From the NCBI GenBank assembly GCA_030426245.1, contig JAUHYZ010000007.1:25881-89880 (forward strand): 64,000 nucleotides of DNA. The letters are read 5' to 3'. This document shows positions 49,240 through 58,985 of the stretch, piece by piece. Position numbers and translations under genes: made by a program. Below the pieces are notes generated by a model. It saw only the letters and a program-made list of their open reading frames with translations. It was not told the origin of the DNA and ran no database searches. The stretch comes from Alphaproteobacteria bacterium (GTDB lineage: Bacteria; Pseudomonadota; Alphaproteobacteria; Sphingomonadales; Sphingomonadaceae). Each line of letters begins with the position of its first letter. Positions within the stretch are counted from its first letter, which is position 1.

Positions 49240-49535
49240 ATTGGGTCGGCGTAACCGAAAGGCAGGGAGCGGTCCTGGCCAGAATCGAAGACGAGATTGG
49301 CGCTGGACGCCCTGTGCCCAATACAGTCGAACTGGCAAACGCCACCGGCTACAGCACCGGCGAGATTGCCCGGATTCTCGATGCGCTTGAATATATGGGT
49401 TACATTACCCGTATTCCCCGCCGCAGACGCAATATCCGCCTGTGCTCGCCTTCGGTGAGAATGGCGCCTGACGACCATCTGGTCTCGGAACTGACCCGGC
49501 GCGGTTATCTTGTCCGCAAGGCAGTCCCGGGATGA
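49236..49535 (+). CDS. Small LexA-N-like winged-helix DNA-binding protein
   Basis: TERQGAVL..I......P...ELA...G.S......L.ALE..GYI.R; no peptidase domain; translationally coupled on both sides. Confidence 0.7.
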   Translation: MNWVGVTERQGAVLARIEDEIGAGRPVPNTVELANATGYSTGEIARILDALEYMGYITRIPRRRRNIRLCSPSVRMAPDDHLVSELTRRGYLVRKAVPG

Positions 49536-51247
49536 AGACCATCCGCTGCGCAATCTACACCCGCAAATCGAGCGATGAGGGGCTGGAGCAGGATTTCAAC
49601 TCCCTCGATGCGCAGCGCAAGGCCTGCGCCGCCTATGTCCTGAGCCAGGCCAGCGAAGGCTGGAAGCTGCTGCCCCAGTTCTATGACGATGGCGGTCTTT
49701 CGGGCGGGACGCTCGAGCGCCCTGCCCTGCAGCGCCTGCTGGCAGATGTTGCGCAAGGTCGGATCGATATCATTGTCGTCTACAAGGTCGACCGCCTCAC
49801 GCGTTCCCTGCTCGACTTTGCAAAGCTGGTCGAGGCCTTCGATGAAGCAGGCACCAGTTTTGTATCTGTCACCCAGTCCTTCAACACTACCACCAGCATG
49901 GGGCGCCTGACCCTCAACATGCTGCTCTCCTTTGCCCAGTTCGAGCGCGAGGTCACAGCCGAACGGATCAGGGACAAGATTGCAGCCTCCAAGGCCAAGG
50001 GCATGTGGATGGGAGGAACCCCGCCGATTGGCTACAAGCCCGATGGGCGCAGCCTGGCCATTGTCGAGGATCAGGCAGCACTCGTGCGGGATATCTATGC
50101 GCGCTACCGCGAGGCAGGCAATGTCCGCCATGTCGCCGAGGCACTGGAAACGGAAGGGATCCGCTCACCCCGGCGCGTGACCGGCAATGGCCGCAAATTT
50201 GGCGGCTGCCTCTTCAGCCGCGGCCAGATCTATCAGATCCTCAAGAACCCGATCTATGCCGGAAAGATCAGACACGGGGACAAGACCTATCCCGGCAATC
50301 AGCCTGCGATCATCGAACCGGAACTTTGGGAAGCCGTCCAGCGGCAGCTTGCCGAGCATGTGAAGGGCGAGCGCAGCAGACGCGAGGCCAATACCAGCCT
50401 GCTTGCAGGAATCTTGTTCGATACCGGCGGTGAGCTGCTGATTCCGGTTCACACCACCAAGGCGGTTCCGGGCTGCACGACAAACGGCAAGGTCCGCTAT
50501 CGATACTACGTCCGCAAGTCCGACCAGCATGGCACGGCCGCGCACGCCTCCCCTGCCCTGCGAATACCGGCCAGCGAAATCGAGCAGGTCGTCTGCCAGG
50601 AACTGTCCGGCCTGTTTGACGATCCGCTGAAGCTATTGAACCGCTGCGGCATCCCGCTGGATCCGGCCATGCTCAACGACATCATGAAGCGTGGCGGTGA
50701 GCTGCAGGACCGGCTGCGTGGGGCCCCACGAACACTGCTTCGCAAGCTGGTCAGCCAAATCACGGTTCATTCGGACAGGATTGCGTTGGCGCTGAGGCCT
50801 GCTGCCATTGCCGAACTGCTTGGCACAGGTCCTGTCTCGGATGAACTCCCCGAACTGGAGCATCAGGCCCATGTTCGCCTGACCCGCACCGGGCTCGCCG
50901 TTCGGCTCATTCAGGACGATGGCAAAAGGGCTGCCGGCAGCACGCCCGATCCGACGCTTGTCCGGCTCCTGATCAGGGCGCGGGTCTGGTGGAGCGAACT
51001 CGCGAAGGGAGACTGCACTGTCACGTCGATCGCCCGGCGCGAAGAGGTGACGCCTTCTTACGTGACACGGATCGTCAGACTCGTCTTCCTCGCGCCCGAG
51101 GTGGTCGAGGCACTGTTAGCCGGAGAGCTTCTAGCTGACGTCGATGGGACGACGTTGCTCGTTACAGGTGCCATTGCTCCATGCTGGCGAGAACAGGCGC
51201 AGCGGTTTCTTCCTGGTTCAAGCAGCCCGCAATCTGTCTTGAATTAA
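49532..51247 (+). CDS. Large serine recombinase (resolvase plus recombinase domains)
   Basis: CAIYTRKSS catalytic Ser, SGG..ERPAL, DRLTRS, FAQFERE...ERI, NPIYAG. Confidence 0.93.
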   Translation: MKTIRCAIYTRKSSDEGLEQDFNSLDAQRKACAAYVLSQASEGWKLLPQFYDDGGLSGGTLERPALQRLLADVAQGRIDIIVVYKVDRLTRSLLDFAKLVEAFDEAGTSFVSVTQSFNTTTSMGRLTLNMLLSFAQFEREVTAERIRDKIAASKAKGMWMGGTPPIGYKPDGRSLAIVEDQAALVRDIYARYREAGNVRHVAEALETEGIRSPRRVTGNGRKFGGCLFSRGQIYQILKNPIYAGKIRHGDKTYPGNQPAIIEPELWEAVQRQLAEHVKGERSRREANTSLLAGILFDTGGELLIPVHTTKAVPGCTTNGKVRYRYYVRKSDQHGTAAHASPALRIPASEIEQVVCQELSGLFDDPLKLLNRCGIPLDPAMLNDIMKRGGELQDRLRGAPRTLLRKLVSQITVHSDRIALALRPAAIAELLGTGPVSDELPELEHQAHVRLTRTGLAVRLIQDDGKRAAGSTPDPTLVRLLIRARVWWSELAKGDCTVTSIARREEVTPSYVTRIVRLVFLAPEVVEALLAGELLADVDGTTLLVTGAIAPCWREQAQRFLPGSSSPQSVLN

Positions 51248-51317
51248 ACGAGCCTAGACCCAGCTTGTCACAGCACCCATCTATTTAGATAAATTGAGAG
51301 AGTGCAGAAGAAAACAT

Positions 51318-51539
51318 ATGCAGGGCACGGTTCTCGATCAGGTGAAATCGCTTATCCAACGGATTGCTCCTGCTGCGATCTGCGATGATTGTATTACAAG
51401 CCGCCTGTACCTCTCCGTGCGTCAGCATGCCAATCACAAGACCCGGGAACTCGCTGGTTCAGCCGGGTTCGAACGGCAAATCGATGAATGCGCGTTCTGC
51501 AGCGGAACCAAGAAGGTCATAAAATGGAATGGTCGCTAG
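51318..51539 (+). CDS. Small Cys4 (CDDC...CAFC) putative Zn-binding protein
   Basis: 73-aa ORF with two CxxC motifs. Confidence 0.6.
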   Translation: MQGTVLDQVKSLIQRIAPAAICDDCITSRLYLSVRQHANHKTRELAGSAGFERQIDECAFCSGTKKVIKWNGR

Positions 51540-51561
51540 GCTCTAAATATGTAGGCAGCTG

Positions 51562-51625
51562 AATGACTGGAACTGGGCCGAGAGCAGACTGTCCACTATG
51601 CAAAATTAAACCCTCGAAAGCGGAC
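51562..51625. repeat. Degenerate palindromic repeat cluster A
   Basis: AATGACTGGAACTGGGCCGAGAGCAGAC followed by TGTCCACT...AAAGCGGAC. Confidence 0.55.
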
Positions 51626-51704
51626 GGTAATCCTGACAGCGGCCAAGGCTGTCACGTCAGCGACGAAAATCCTTTGCATTGCGCATGCAATTAACGGGCT
51701 AACA

Positions 51705-52388
51705 TCAGTCAGCAATTCTTCCATCAAACAATTCGATGCGGCGCAGGCATTGCGTCGCAATGTGCTCGTCATGGGTGGAGATAAGGAAACTGGTCTTCGT
51801 CGCCTCGTTTATGCGGCGGATCAACTCCATCACCTTGTCAGCCGACGCGAGATCGAGATTCCCGGTTGGTTCGTCGGCAAGAACCAGAACTGGCTCGTTG
51901 ATCAAGGACCTCGCGACCGCAACACGTTGACGTTGTCCGCCGGACAACGCATTGGGACGATAGTCCCTGCGGTCAGCCAGACCCACCGCATTGAGCAATT
52001 CTGCGGCTCTATGGCGCATCGCCGAGGTTTCGCGTCCAGCAGCAGAAGCGGCTGGCATCATAACGTTCTCTAGCGCGGTAAGATCGGGCAGGAGATGGTG
52101 GAACTGGAATACGAAACCGAGGTGACGGCTCCGGAACTCGGTGCGTTGCTTCTCGCTGGCATTAATTAGGTCGATTCCCAGCATCTCGTGGCTCCCGCCA
52201 CTTGCGCGCATGAGCGTACCAAGGATGGTAAGCAGCGTGCTCTTGCCGGAGCCAGATGGGCCAAGCAGCGCTGCCATTTCTCCATAGTCGATCGCGAGAT
52301 CGATGCCCTTCAGCACTCTTGCCATGACATCGCCCTCACCAAAATTCTTGGTCAAAGCTTTCACTTCGAGAAGGGCGACTTCCCTCAC
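51705..52388 (-). CDS. ABC transporter ATP-binding protein (LolD/MacB-like)
   Basis: GPSGSGKST, LSGGQ, LADEPTGNLD, THD. Confidence 0.95.
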   Translation of the reverse strand: MREVALLEVKALTKNFGEGDVMARVLKGIDLAIDYGEMAALLGPSGSGKSTLLTILGTLMRASGGSHEMLGIDLINASEKQRTEFRSRHLGFVFQFHHLLPDLTALENVMMPAASAAGRETSAMRHRAAELLNAVGLADRRDYRPNALSGGQRQRVAVARSLINEPVLVLADEPTGNLDLASADKVMELIRRINEATKTSFLISTHDEHIATQCLRRIELFDGRIAD

Positions 52389-53590
52389 GAGCCGATTGCT
52401 TCCACCGGATCGATCCGGGAAGCGCGCCGGGCTGGCAAGACAGACGCAAGCGCCGCAGCGACGGTTGTCAGGAGTATTGCCAAGAGGAAATCGCCCTGAG
52501 CCTGATCGATGGGAAGGCCTCCGCTCTGAACTTCGCTAACCGGCGGCATGGGCGCGAGGGCAAGCCACGCCAGGGCAGCTCCCGCGATGGCGCCAGCCAG
52601 CCCGATCAATGTGCCCTCCAGCACGAAGATAGAAACCACCAGTGTCTTGCTCGCCCCCATGGCCCGCATGATTCCGATTTCGGATTGTCGCCTGATTATG
52701 GAAAGCAGCATGGCACTGGCAATCCCGATCACGATCGTGATGAGGGCAAAGGCCTTGATAATAGTTCCTGTACGGGCCTGTGCGTCCAGACCTTCGAACA
52801 ATTGTGCATTGTCTTCGGTCCACGCAGTTGCCTTGAGACCTGTAGAGCGACGCAATACGGCCGCGATATTCGGCGCGTCTATGGCTGGTTCGACCTTGAT
52901 CTCGATCCTGGAAATTCCGGTCGGAAGATCGAATAGCGCCCTCGCGGTGGTAAAGTTCATATAGACGGCCTGTCGATCGGCGCTGGCAATGCCGAGTTCA
53001 AAGATGCCTCCGATCCTGAAACTGCGAATGCGCCCTCGATCCGAACTGAGCCGCACGACCTGCCCGACAACGAGTCCCAGATCCTTGGCCAGCCGACTGC
53101 CTACGAGGATTCCGTCAGGGGGCAGGCTGCTGCTGCCGCCGATAATCGCGCGGTCGATATCCGCCATCGCTGAGAGCTTGCCCGGCTCGACGCCGATGAT
53201 CCCGACAGATGCGATGGCTTGTCCGCGCTCCAGAAAGGCCGCCCCCCTGATCTGCGGCGAAAATGCCGTGACGCCGGGCGTCTGGCTAATAATCGGTATC
53301 GCCGGCTGCCAGATTGCAATCTGCTCTCTCCGGCTAAGATCCTTTTGGGTGATCACCTGGACGTTCGGGGCCTCTGACAGGATTGCCGGATCCCGATCTG
53401 GTCTTTCCAGGATGATGTGAGGAATGCTGCCAACCGTACGCAACGTCAGCAGCGATGCCAGTCCGCCGATAAGCGCACTCATGAAGATGAAAACCGTTAC
53501 GCCCAGCGTCACTCCTGTAATCAGCAGTGCGGTCTGTCCCGGATGCGAAAGCAGGTGGCGAAATGCCAACTTGGCGGCATATGGGGACAT
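52385..53590 (-). CDS. ABC permease (FtsX/MacB/LolE-like)
   Basis: TM1, large periplasmic loop, RRQSEIGIMRAMGA, PARRASRIDP. Confidence 0.9.
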   Translation of the reverse strand: MSPYAAKLAFRHLLSHPGQTALLITGVTLGVTVFIFMSALIGGLASLLTLRTVGSIPHIILERPDRDPAILSEAPNVQVITQKDLSRREQIAIWQPAIPIISQTPGVTAFSPQIRGAAFLERGQAIASVGIIGVEPGKLSAMADIDRAIIGGSSSLPPDGILVGSRLAKDLGLVVGQVVRLSSDRGRIRSFRIGGIFELGIASADRQAVYMNFTTARALFDLPTGISRIEIKVEPAIDAPNIAAVLRRSTGLKATAWTEDNAQLFEGLDAQARTGTIIKAFALITIVIGIASAMLLSIIRRQSEIGIMRAMGASKTLVVSIFVLEGTLIGLAGAIAGAALAWLALAPMPPVSEVQSGGLPIDQAQGDFLLAILLTTVAAALASVLPARRASRIDPVEAIGS

Positions 53591-54646
53591 CTAGTCGGCG
53601 ATCCGGACCGACTGGCCCGGCAAGGCTGCCTCTGGATCGAGGAGGATGCGGTCACCGACTTCAAGGCCATCCACCACTATCACCTGTTCCGCCGGCCAGT
53701 TAACGAACGAGATCGTCTGTTCGCTTACGATGCCATCGGAATCGACCACGCGAACCACCTGCCTGCCATTGGCATAGAGGATCAATCGGCGCGGTATGCT
53801 GATGGCCTGGTCCAGTGCTTCGATAACGAGATTGACCGTGACCGTGAGGCCTGCGGGAACGCCATTGCCGGCGTTGTTGATGGCGATGCGGACATCGCGC
53901 GCGCCAGTTGCAGGATCGACCAGAGGTTCGATGTGGACCACTTCACCACTGACGGGTTCTTGCAGGCCCGGCAAGCTGACAAGTGCCGCCATTCCCGGTC
54001 GGATCTCGGTCGCGTAAATCTCGTCAACTTCAGCGCTGACCTCGGGGCTGGACAGATCGGCCAGCCGGTAGATGACACTGTCAGGGCTTACAGTCTGACC
54101 GGGATCCATCGGACGATCCAGGATCACTCCCGAGAAAGGGGCCCGCAAGACGCGCCGGTCGCGCAACTCCTTGGCCTGCCTGACATTTGCCTCGCGACGA
54201 TTGAGCTCTCTTGCACCTTCTTCAACCGTGAGACGGCGCTGCTCCAAGTCTGCCCGGCTCACAAATTCTCCAAGCGCTTCGAACCGGGCAAGATCGCGCC
54301 GCGCCTGTTCGAGCACTGCCTGCTGCGCCTGAACGGCAGCATTGGCCTCTGCAATGGCTGCAATTTCAGGAGCATCGTCGATCTTGGCCAGGATCGTTCC
54401 CTGCGCAATCTGATCGCCTACATCATACGGCAAAGATACAAGTTCACCGCCAAGCGAGGGGCGGATATCGACCTGGAGCCGAGGGCGGATACGGCCATTG
54501 ACTGCAAGCACCCGCTCCGCAGGCGCAATCGCCGCGGTCAACACTTCCACTTCCTTGTTCCGGGGAACGAAAAGCAGGTAACTGGCGCCTGCGAGGATCG
54601 CAAGCAACGCAGCCCAAAGCAGGTTCTTATGAGCCTTTTTCAACAT
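53591..54646 (-). CDS. Periplasmic adaptor (membrane fusion protein)
   Basis: N-terminal TM, VGD.I..G, coiled coil, RAPFSGVI, GLEVGD; start ATG 54646. Confidence 0.9.
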   Translation of the reverse strand: MLKKAHKNLLWAALLAILAGASYLLFVPRNKEVEVLTAAIAPAERVLAVNGRIRPRLQVDIRPSLGGELVSLPYDVGDQIAQGTILAKIDDAPEIAAIAEANAAVQAQQAVLEQARRDLARFEALGEFVSRADLEQRRLTVEEGARELNRREANVRQAKELRDRRVLRAPFSGVILDRPMDPGQTVSPDSVIYRLADLSSPEVSAEVDEIYATEIRPGMAALVSLPGLQEPVSGEVVHIEPLVDPATGARDVRIAINNAGNGVPAGLTVTVNLVIEALDQAISIPRRLILYANGRQVVRVVDSDGIVSEQTISFVNWPAEQVIVVDGLEVGDRILLDPEAALPGQSVRIAD

Positions 54647-54847
54647 TACATTGGATGCCGATAAAACCCCAGATAGACTTCCGACCTTAGGTTCTCGCTG
54701 AACTTTCGACGACAGGCAATCGGGATGATTTGTAACCCGGTTCAGGCAAGGTGCGACAAGGGAAAACTCTACCTGCGCCATCGCGCTTGCCTGCCCAAAA
54801 GATATTGGTCTCAAACGGCCGACAGTGGGCTTGGGGCCTTCGATGTG

Positions 54848-55049
54848 GGTGTGCGCTCTCAACTAATAGCGGACATTCAGCCTAGTCCTGTCGCTATGCC
54901 TGCTTTTGAACTGCCATGAGCCGGCTCTCAATTTACGAAATGAGGGCGCATAGCGGGTGTCGAACCACCGCGCGCCGAATGTCCACTAGGGTGGAAATCG
55001 GTCATTCGAGACAGACTAGTTCAATGACAGCTTTTTGCCGGTAGCGGGC
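54848..55049. repeat. Degenerate palindromic repeat cluster B
   Basis: TGTGCGCT-N10-AGCGGACATT (54850), ..GAGGGCGCATAGCGGG (~54930), AATGTCCACT..ATCGGTCATT (54978), AATGACAGCT..TAGCGGGC (55023). Confidence 0.55.
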
Positions 55050-55134
55050 TGGCCGAATTGGGAAAAGTTACTTGCTGAGCTGACTCAAGGAATGTGTCAC
55101 TGGAGTGCTGATTGAATGCCGATAATGCGAACAA

Positions 55135-55602
55135 TCAGGTTGCTGTTGCCCTAAGCATCCATGCTGTTTTCTCATGAAGTGTAATTCGCGGCGTGACCAC
55201 ATCCGCGGTGGCATCGTCACCAATCTCTTCCGCTACTCTGAGAACTTCCCTGGCGGATTTTGCAACTTCTTCGTGTCCTTTGGCCAGGTTGGTCACCATC
55301 TGCCGCCAGTCGGGCTGAGCTGCTTCCTCAGCGATAGATGACAGTGAAGCCATTTCCGAGTACGACGATGGCGCATATTCGCCGAGTGCACGTATGCGTT
55401 CTGCAAGCTCGTCCACGGCATTCCACATTTCGGTATATTGCGCCATGAACAAGGCATGCAGTTGCTGAAAGTGCGGCCCCTCCACATTCCAATGATAGCC
55501 ATGCGTCTTGAGGTACAGAGCATAGGTGTCCGCAAGCAGTTTCTTGATGGCTCCAGCTGAACGAGCACGGTCAGGCGCTGAAATTCCAATATTTATGTCC
55601 AT
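55135..55602 (-). CDS. dps: Dps ferritin-like DNA-protection protein
   Basis: HWNVEGPHF..LH, DELAERI, EKTAWML. Confidence 0.95.
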   Translation of the reverse strand: MDINIGISAPDRARSAGAIKKLLADTYALYLKTHGYHWNVEGPHFQQLHALFMAQYTEMWNAVDELAERIRALGEYAPSSYSEMASLSSIAEEAAQPDWRQMVTNLAKGHEEVAKSAREVLRVAEEIGDDATADVVTPRITLHEKTAWMLRATAT

Positions 55603-55863
55603 TTGAGCTTCTCGCTTCCTTAGTCCGGCCAGTTTGGGGTTTTGGTATATCGAGAAAGGAGGACTTTGTCGCTAAGCCTGGTCACATTGAAGTTTTTCTA
55701 ACACCTATAATCACTGAGTACGGATTGCTGAGGTGCAATGCTGCAGGCCACAGTGGTGGCAAATAACCCGAACTTGACTTGTCATTCCAACGGGTACTTC
55801 ATCCGGGAAGGCACTCATCCACAACTTGCGAGTCGTGGCTGGCAACCCAAAAAGGAGTTTATC

Positions 55864-56493
55864 ATGGCACTTCACATCGGTGATATTGCCCCTGACTTCA
55901 CCGTCGATACGCAGCTTGGCGAAATCAGCTTTCATGACTGGATTGGGGATTCGTGGTGCTTCTTCTTCAGCCATCCGGCAGATTTCACGCCAGTCTGTAC
56001 CACGGAAATGGGCCGCACTGCCCAACTTGCAAAGGAGTTCGAGGCTCGCAACACCAAACCACTTGGTCTTTCTACTGACACCGCTGCGGAGCATCTCAAG
56101 TGGATCGCAGACGTCAATGACACGCAAAACACAGAGCTGAAGTTTCCGATAGTTGCTGATGCCGATCTGGCGATTTCCAAGCTCTATGACATGATCCATC
56201 CCGACCAGAGCGAAACTGCAGCCGTGCGGTCGGTTTACATCATCGACCCGGACAAGAAGATCCGCCTGATGATGACCTACCCGATGAGCGTCGGGCGTAA
56301 TTTTGATGAAATCCTGAGAGTGATCGATGCTCTTCAACTTGGCGATGCAAAGCGCGTTGTTACGCCCGCCGACTGGATGCCGGGCAAGAAGGTGATTATC
56401 CCACCGGTGATCGGTAATGACGAGGCTGCGAAGTTGTTTCCGCAAGGCTGGGACGAGTTGCGTTCCTATTTGCGGTTGACGGATGTGAGCTGA
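55864..56493 (+). CDS. 1-Cys peroxiredoxin (Prx6)
   Basis: FSHPADFTPVCTTE, YP...GRNFDEILR, TPADW; AAGGAG RBS before ATG 55864. Confidence 0.93.
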   Translation: MALHIGDIAPDFTVDTQLGEISFHDWIGDSWCFFFSHPADFTPVCTTEMGRTAQLAKEFEARNTKPLGLSTDTAAEHLKWIADVNDTQNTELKFPIVADADLAISKLYDMIHPDQSETAAVRSVYIIDPDKKIRLMMTYPMSVGRNFDEILRVIDALQLGDAKRVVTPADWMPGKKVIIPPVIGNDEAAKLFPQGWDELRSYLRLTDVS

Positions 56494-56612
56494 AAACACT
56501 TGGCGGTAGACGTCTCCAGTCTTGCAGGCGATGCAGGTTTCAGCTGCGGCGCAGGAGCAGAGCGAGTACAGACCAAAGAACTTGGTGAGACGAGTGAGTG
56601 GAGAGGAGCCTC

Positions 56613-57170
56613 ATGATGAAGTCAGCGGAGAGCAGTGTCAGGGAAGCAGTTGCCTACTTCGACTCAGCAGATGATCTGGAATCGGCGATCGACGAACTGC
56701 TGACTTCGGGCTTCAACCGGGCCGAAATCAGCCTGCTGGCAACCGAAAGCGCAGTGGAAGAGAAGCTTCATCACAAATATCGCAAGGTTTCCGAATTGGA
56801 AGATGATCCAGAGGTACCACGCGCATCATATCTACCAAGTGAATCTCTGGGTACGGCCGAAGGGGCATTGGTCTTCACTCCGCTCTATGTTGCAGCCGTT
56901 TCTGGCATCGGTGCCATTGTGGCCTCGGGAGGTTCATTGCTTGCCGTGATCATCGGTGCTGTCGCAGCAGGTGGAACGGGAGGCGCAATCGGAAGCGTAT
57001 TTGCCAAGCTGGTTGGTGATCGGCGCGCCAACTATATCGAGGACCAGCTCAAGCATGGCGGTTTGCTGCTTTGGGTTCGAACCTGGGACAAGGCGGACGA
57101 GGCGCGTGCAGTTGAAATCCTCAACAAACACTCGGGCCACGATGTCCATGTGCATGGAGGCGCTGACTAG
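56613..57170 (+). CDS. Membrane-associated general-stress-type hypothetical protein
   Basis: AIDELL.SGF....IS, Gly/Ala-rich hydrophobic segment, GG.LLWV; GAGGAG RBS. Confidence 0.65.
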   Translation: MMKSAESSVREAVAYFDSADDLESAIDELLTSGFNRAEISLLATESAVEEKLHHKYRKVSELEDDPEVPRASYLPSESLGTAEGALVFTPLYVAAVSGIGAIVASGGSLLAVIIGAVAAGGTGGAIGSVFAKLVGDRRANYIEDQLKHGGLLLWVRTWDKADEARAVEILNKHSGHDVHVHGGAD

Positions 57171-57200
57171 GCGGCGTTAGAAACCGGTAAGGTTTCGCGA

Positions 57201-57935
57201 ATGCTTCATTGGATCATTGCCTTCACGCTGCTCGGAAGCATAGGCGCGATCCTAGGTGCCGGACTGCTACTGCTGTTTCCTAAGGGCATTCGGCAGTCTC
57301 TTCTGCCATTCCTTGTCAGCTATGCGGTTGGAACGTTGCTGGGCGGAGCATTTCTGGGACTGATCCCGACCGGACTGGAGCAGGCACCGGCAATGCCGTT
57401 CATGTTGACGGTCTTGGGCGGGATTGTTGCCTTCTTCATGCTAGAAAAGCTTATCCTTCAACGGCACAGCCTGGCACACGAGAGTGGCACCAGGAAGTCG
57501 GCCGGGCCGCTCATCCTCATTGGCGATGCATTTCACAATTTTGTCGATGGCATCGTCATCGTCGCAGCGTTCATCACTTCGCCTGAACTTGGGGTTACCG
57601 TTGCCCTCGCCGTTGTTGCGCACGAGATTCCGCAAGAGATTGGTGAGTTCGCTATCCTGCTCGATCATGGCTATTCGCGGCGCAAGGCATTCATCTTGAA
57701 TACGTTGTCGGCGACGTCCGCGTTGCCGGGGGCAATTCTGGCCTATTTCTGGTTGGGACAGGCTGAGTGGGTCGTGCCCTATATGCTGGCTGTTTCGGCA
57801 GCGAGCTTTGTCTATGTTGCGTCGGTAGACCTAATCCCATCATTGCATCACGAGATGAAACGGCGAGCCTCGTTACAGCAAGTTGCCATGTTAATTGCCG
57901 GCATCGCCACAATTGCTACTATCATCGCAGCTTGA
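57201..57935 (+). CDS. ZIP-family metal transporter
   Basis: GDAFHNFVDG, HEIPQEIG, DLIP.LH. Confidence 0.92.
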   Translation: MLHWIIAFTLLGSIGAILGAGLLLLFPKGIRQSLLPFLVSYAVGTLLGGAFLGLIPTGLEQAPAMPFMLTVLGGIVAFFMLEKLILQRHSLAHESGTRKSAGPLILIGDAFHNFVDGIVIVAAFITSPELGVTVALAVVAHEIPQEIGEFAILLDHGYSRRKAFILNTLSATSALPGAILAYFWLGQAEWVVPYMLAVSAASFVYVASVDLIPSLHHEMKRRASLQQVAMLIAGIATIATIIAA

Positions 57936-57989
57936 AACGCCAACGCAGCAAGCGGGCGACTGTGTCAGCAACTTCGGAAAGGCGGAGCC

Positions 57990-58400
57990 ATGACTGAGAT
58001 TGAGCTCAAGCAAATTCTTCTCGAAGCGTTGGACGACGAGCGCAAAGCCGAGGCGACCTATGCCGCCGTCATCGAAAAATTTGGACCGGTCCGGCCATTC
58101 ATCAACATCATTTCAGCAGAGCGTCGGCATGCGGCTGCAATTGAAAATCAAATGGAGCGACTTGAGTTTGAAGTTCCTGAGACCCCTTCGTCAGGGAAAG
58201 TCGATGCGCCTTCGTCTCTTACCGCGGCCTGTGAGCAGGCGATAAATGCGGAAATCGAGACTGTCGCCCATTACGATCGCTTGATTCCCCTGATTGAAGA
58301 TGCAGGTGTTCGACATGTCCTGACACGTTTGCGGGACGCGTCGCGAGACAATCACTTGCCTGCTTTTCGTCGGCGACTTGCGCGGCAAGGCTGGCCCTGA
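57990..58400 (+). CDS. Ferritin-like domain protein
   Basis: ALDDE.KA..TY, AE.RH, AE......Y, AS.DNHLPAF. Confidence 0.8.
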   Translation: MTEIELKQILLEALDDERKAEATYAAVIEKFGPVRPFINIISAERRHAAAIENQMERLEFEVPETPSSGKVDAPSSLTAACEQAINAEIETVAHYDRLIPLIEDAGVRHVLTRLRDASRDNHLPAFRRRLARQGWP

Positions 58401-58532
58401 GAAACCGGGGAAGTATCGCTCCATTTGCTTGGATCAGCGGAGGGTCGCGCTTTTGTCTGCCTATCATGCTTTAGCTATGGGCAAGGTATCGGTTATGCTT
58501 CTGTCTGTTTAGATCATTGAGGGGAGGTTTCC

Positions 58533-58769
58533 ATGATTTGGAGAATGCTCGGGCTGGGTGCAGTGGGCTTTGCTGGCTACAAATTCTTCAAACCTAGGGG
58601 CCGTCCTGTGAATGCCGCCTATGCGGAAGATCAACCTCATGACAACTATACGGATATTCGAGATGCGGGGCCGCAAGCGATGCGTGATCCATCTCCACAC
58701 GAATGGACCGAAACCGATGAGGACCTCGACGAGAGCTTCCCGGCAAGCGACCCGCCTGGTGGATACTGA
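58533..58769 (+). CDS. Small protein with N-terminal TM and DE.LDESFPASDPP motif
   Basis: GGAGG RBS; recognisable C-terminal motif of uncharacterised small proteins. Confidence 0.75.
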   Translation: MIWRMLGLGAVGFAGYKFFKPRGRPVNAAYAEDQPHDNYTDIRDAGPQAMRDPSPHEWTETDEDLDESFPASDPPGGY

Positions 58770-58778
58770 GCAGCAACC

Positions 58779-58985
58779 ACTGCCCACTCATCCTCGCTTT
58801 GCGGACATTGTCTGCACTGAAGTGAAAATGTCGGGTTCAGGAAATCAGACATGCTTCAATCGATGACCGATAATGGCGAATAGCTGAACGCAGTTAGCAA
58901 CTCCAGACTTCACGATTGACCAATGACCGTTTCGCGGCTCGCCGCATTTTGATCCGAACGACGGGAAGGAGGGCGCTTTCCGGTC
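58779..58985. repeat. Degenerate palindromic repeat cluster C
   Basis: TGCCCACT..TTGCGGACATT (58781), ATGACCGAT..TAGCTGAA (58863), AATGACCGTTT (58922), AACGACGGGAAGGAGGGCGCTTTCCGGTC (58957). Confidence 0.55.

Noticed and set aside
51634-51654. TGACAGC/GCTGTCA hairpin resembling IS6 termini
   Set aside because: Only 7 bp and no transposase sequence; more likely a simple hairpin between convergent genes.
55680-55745. OxyR box between dps and the peroxiredoxin
   Set aside because: Biologically plausible, but I could not match ATAG-N7-CTAT spacing convincingly.
58401-58425. EcfG-like promoter GAAAC-N16-CATT upstream of the ESFPASDPP gene
   Set aside because: Mismatches in both elements; could be chance.
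51562-58985. Repeat clusters as a CRISPR array or classical integron attC sites
   Set aside because: Copies are too degenerate and irregularly spaced; no cas genes, no IntI tyrosine recombinase, no RYYYAAC/GTTRRRY ends.
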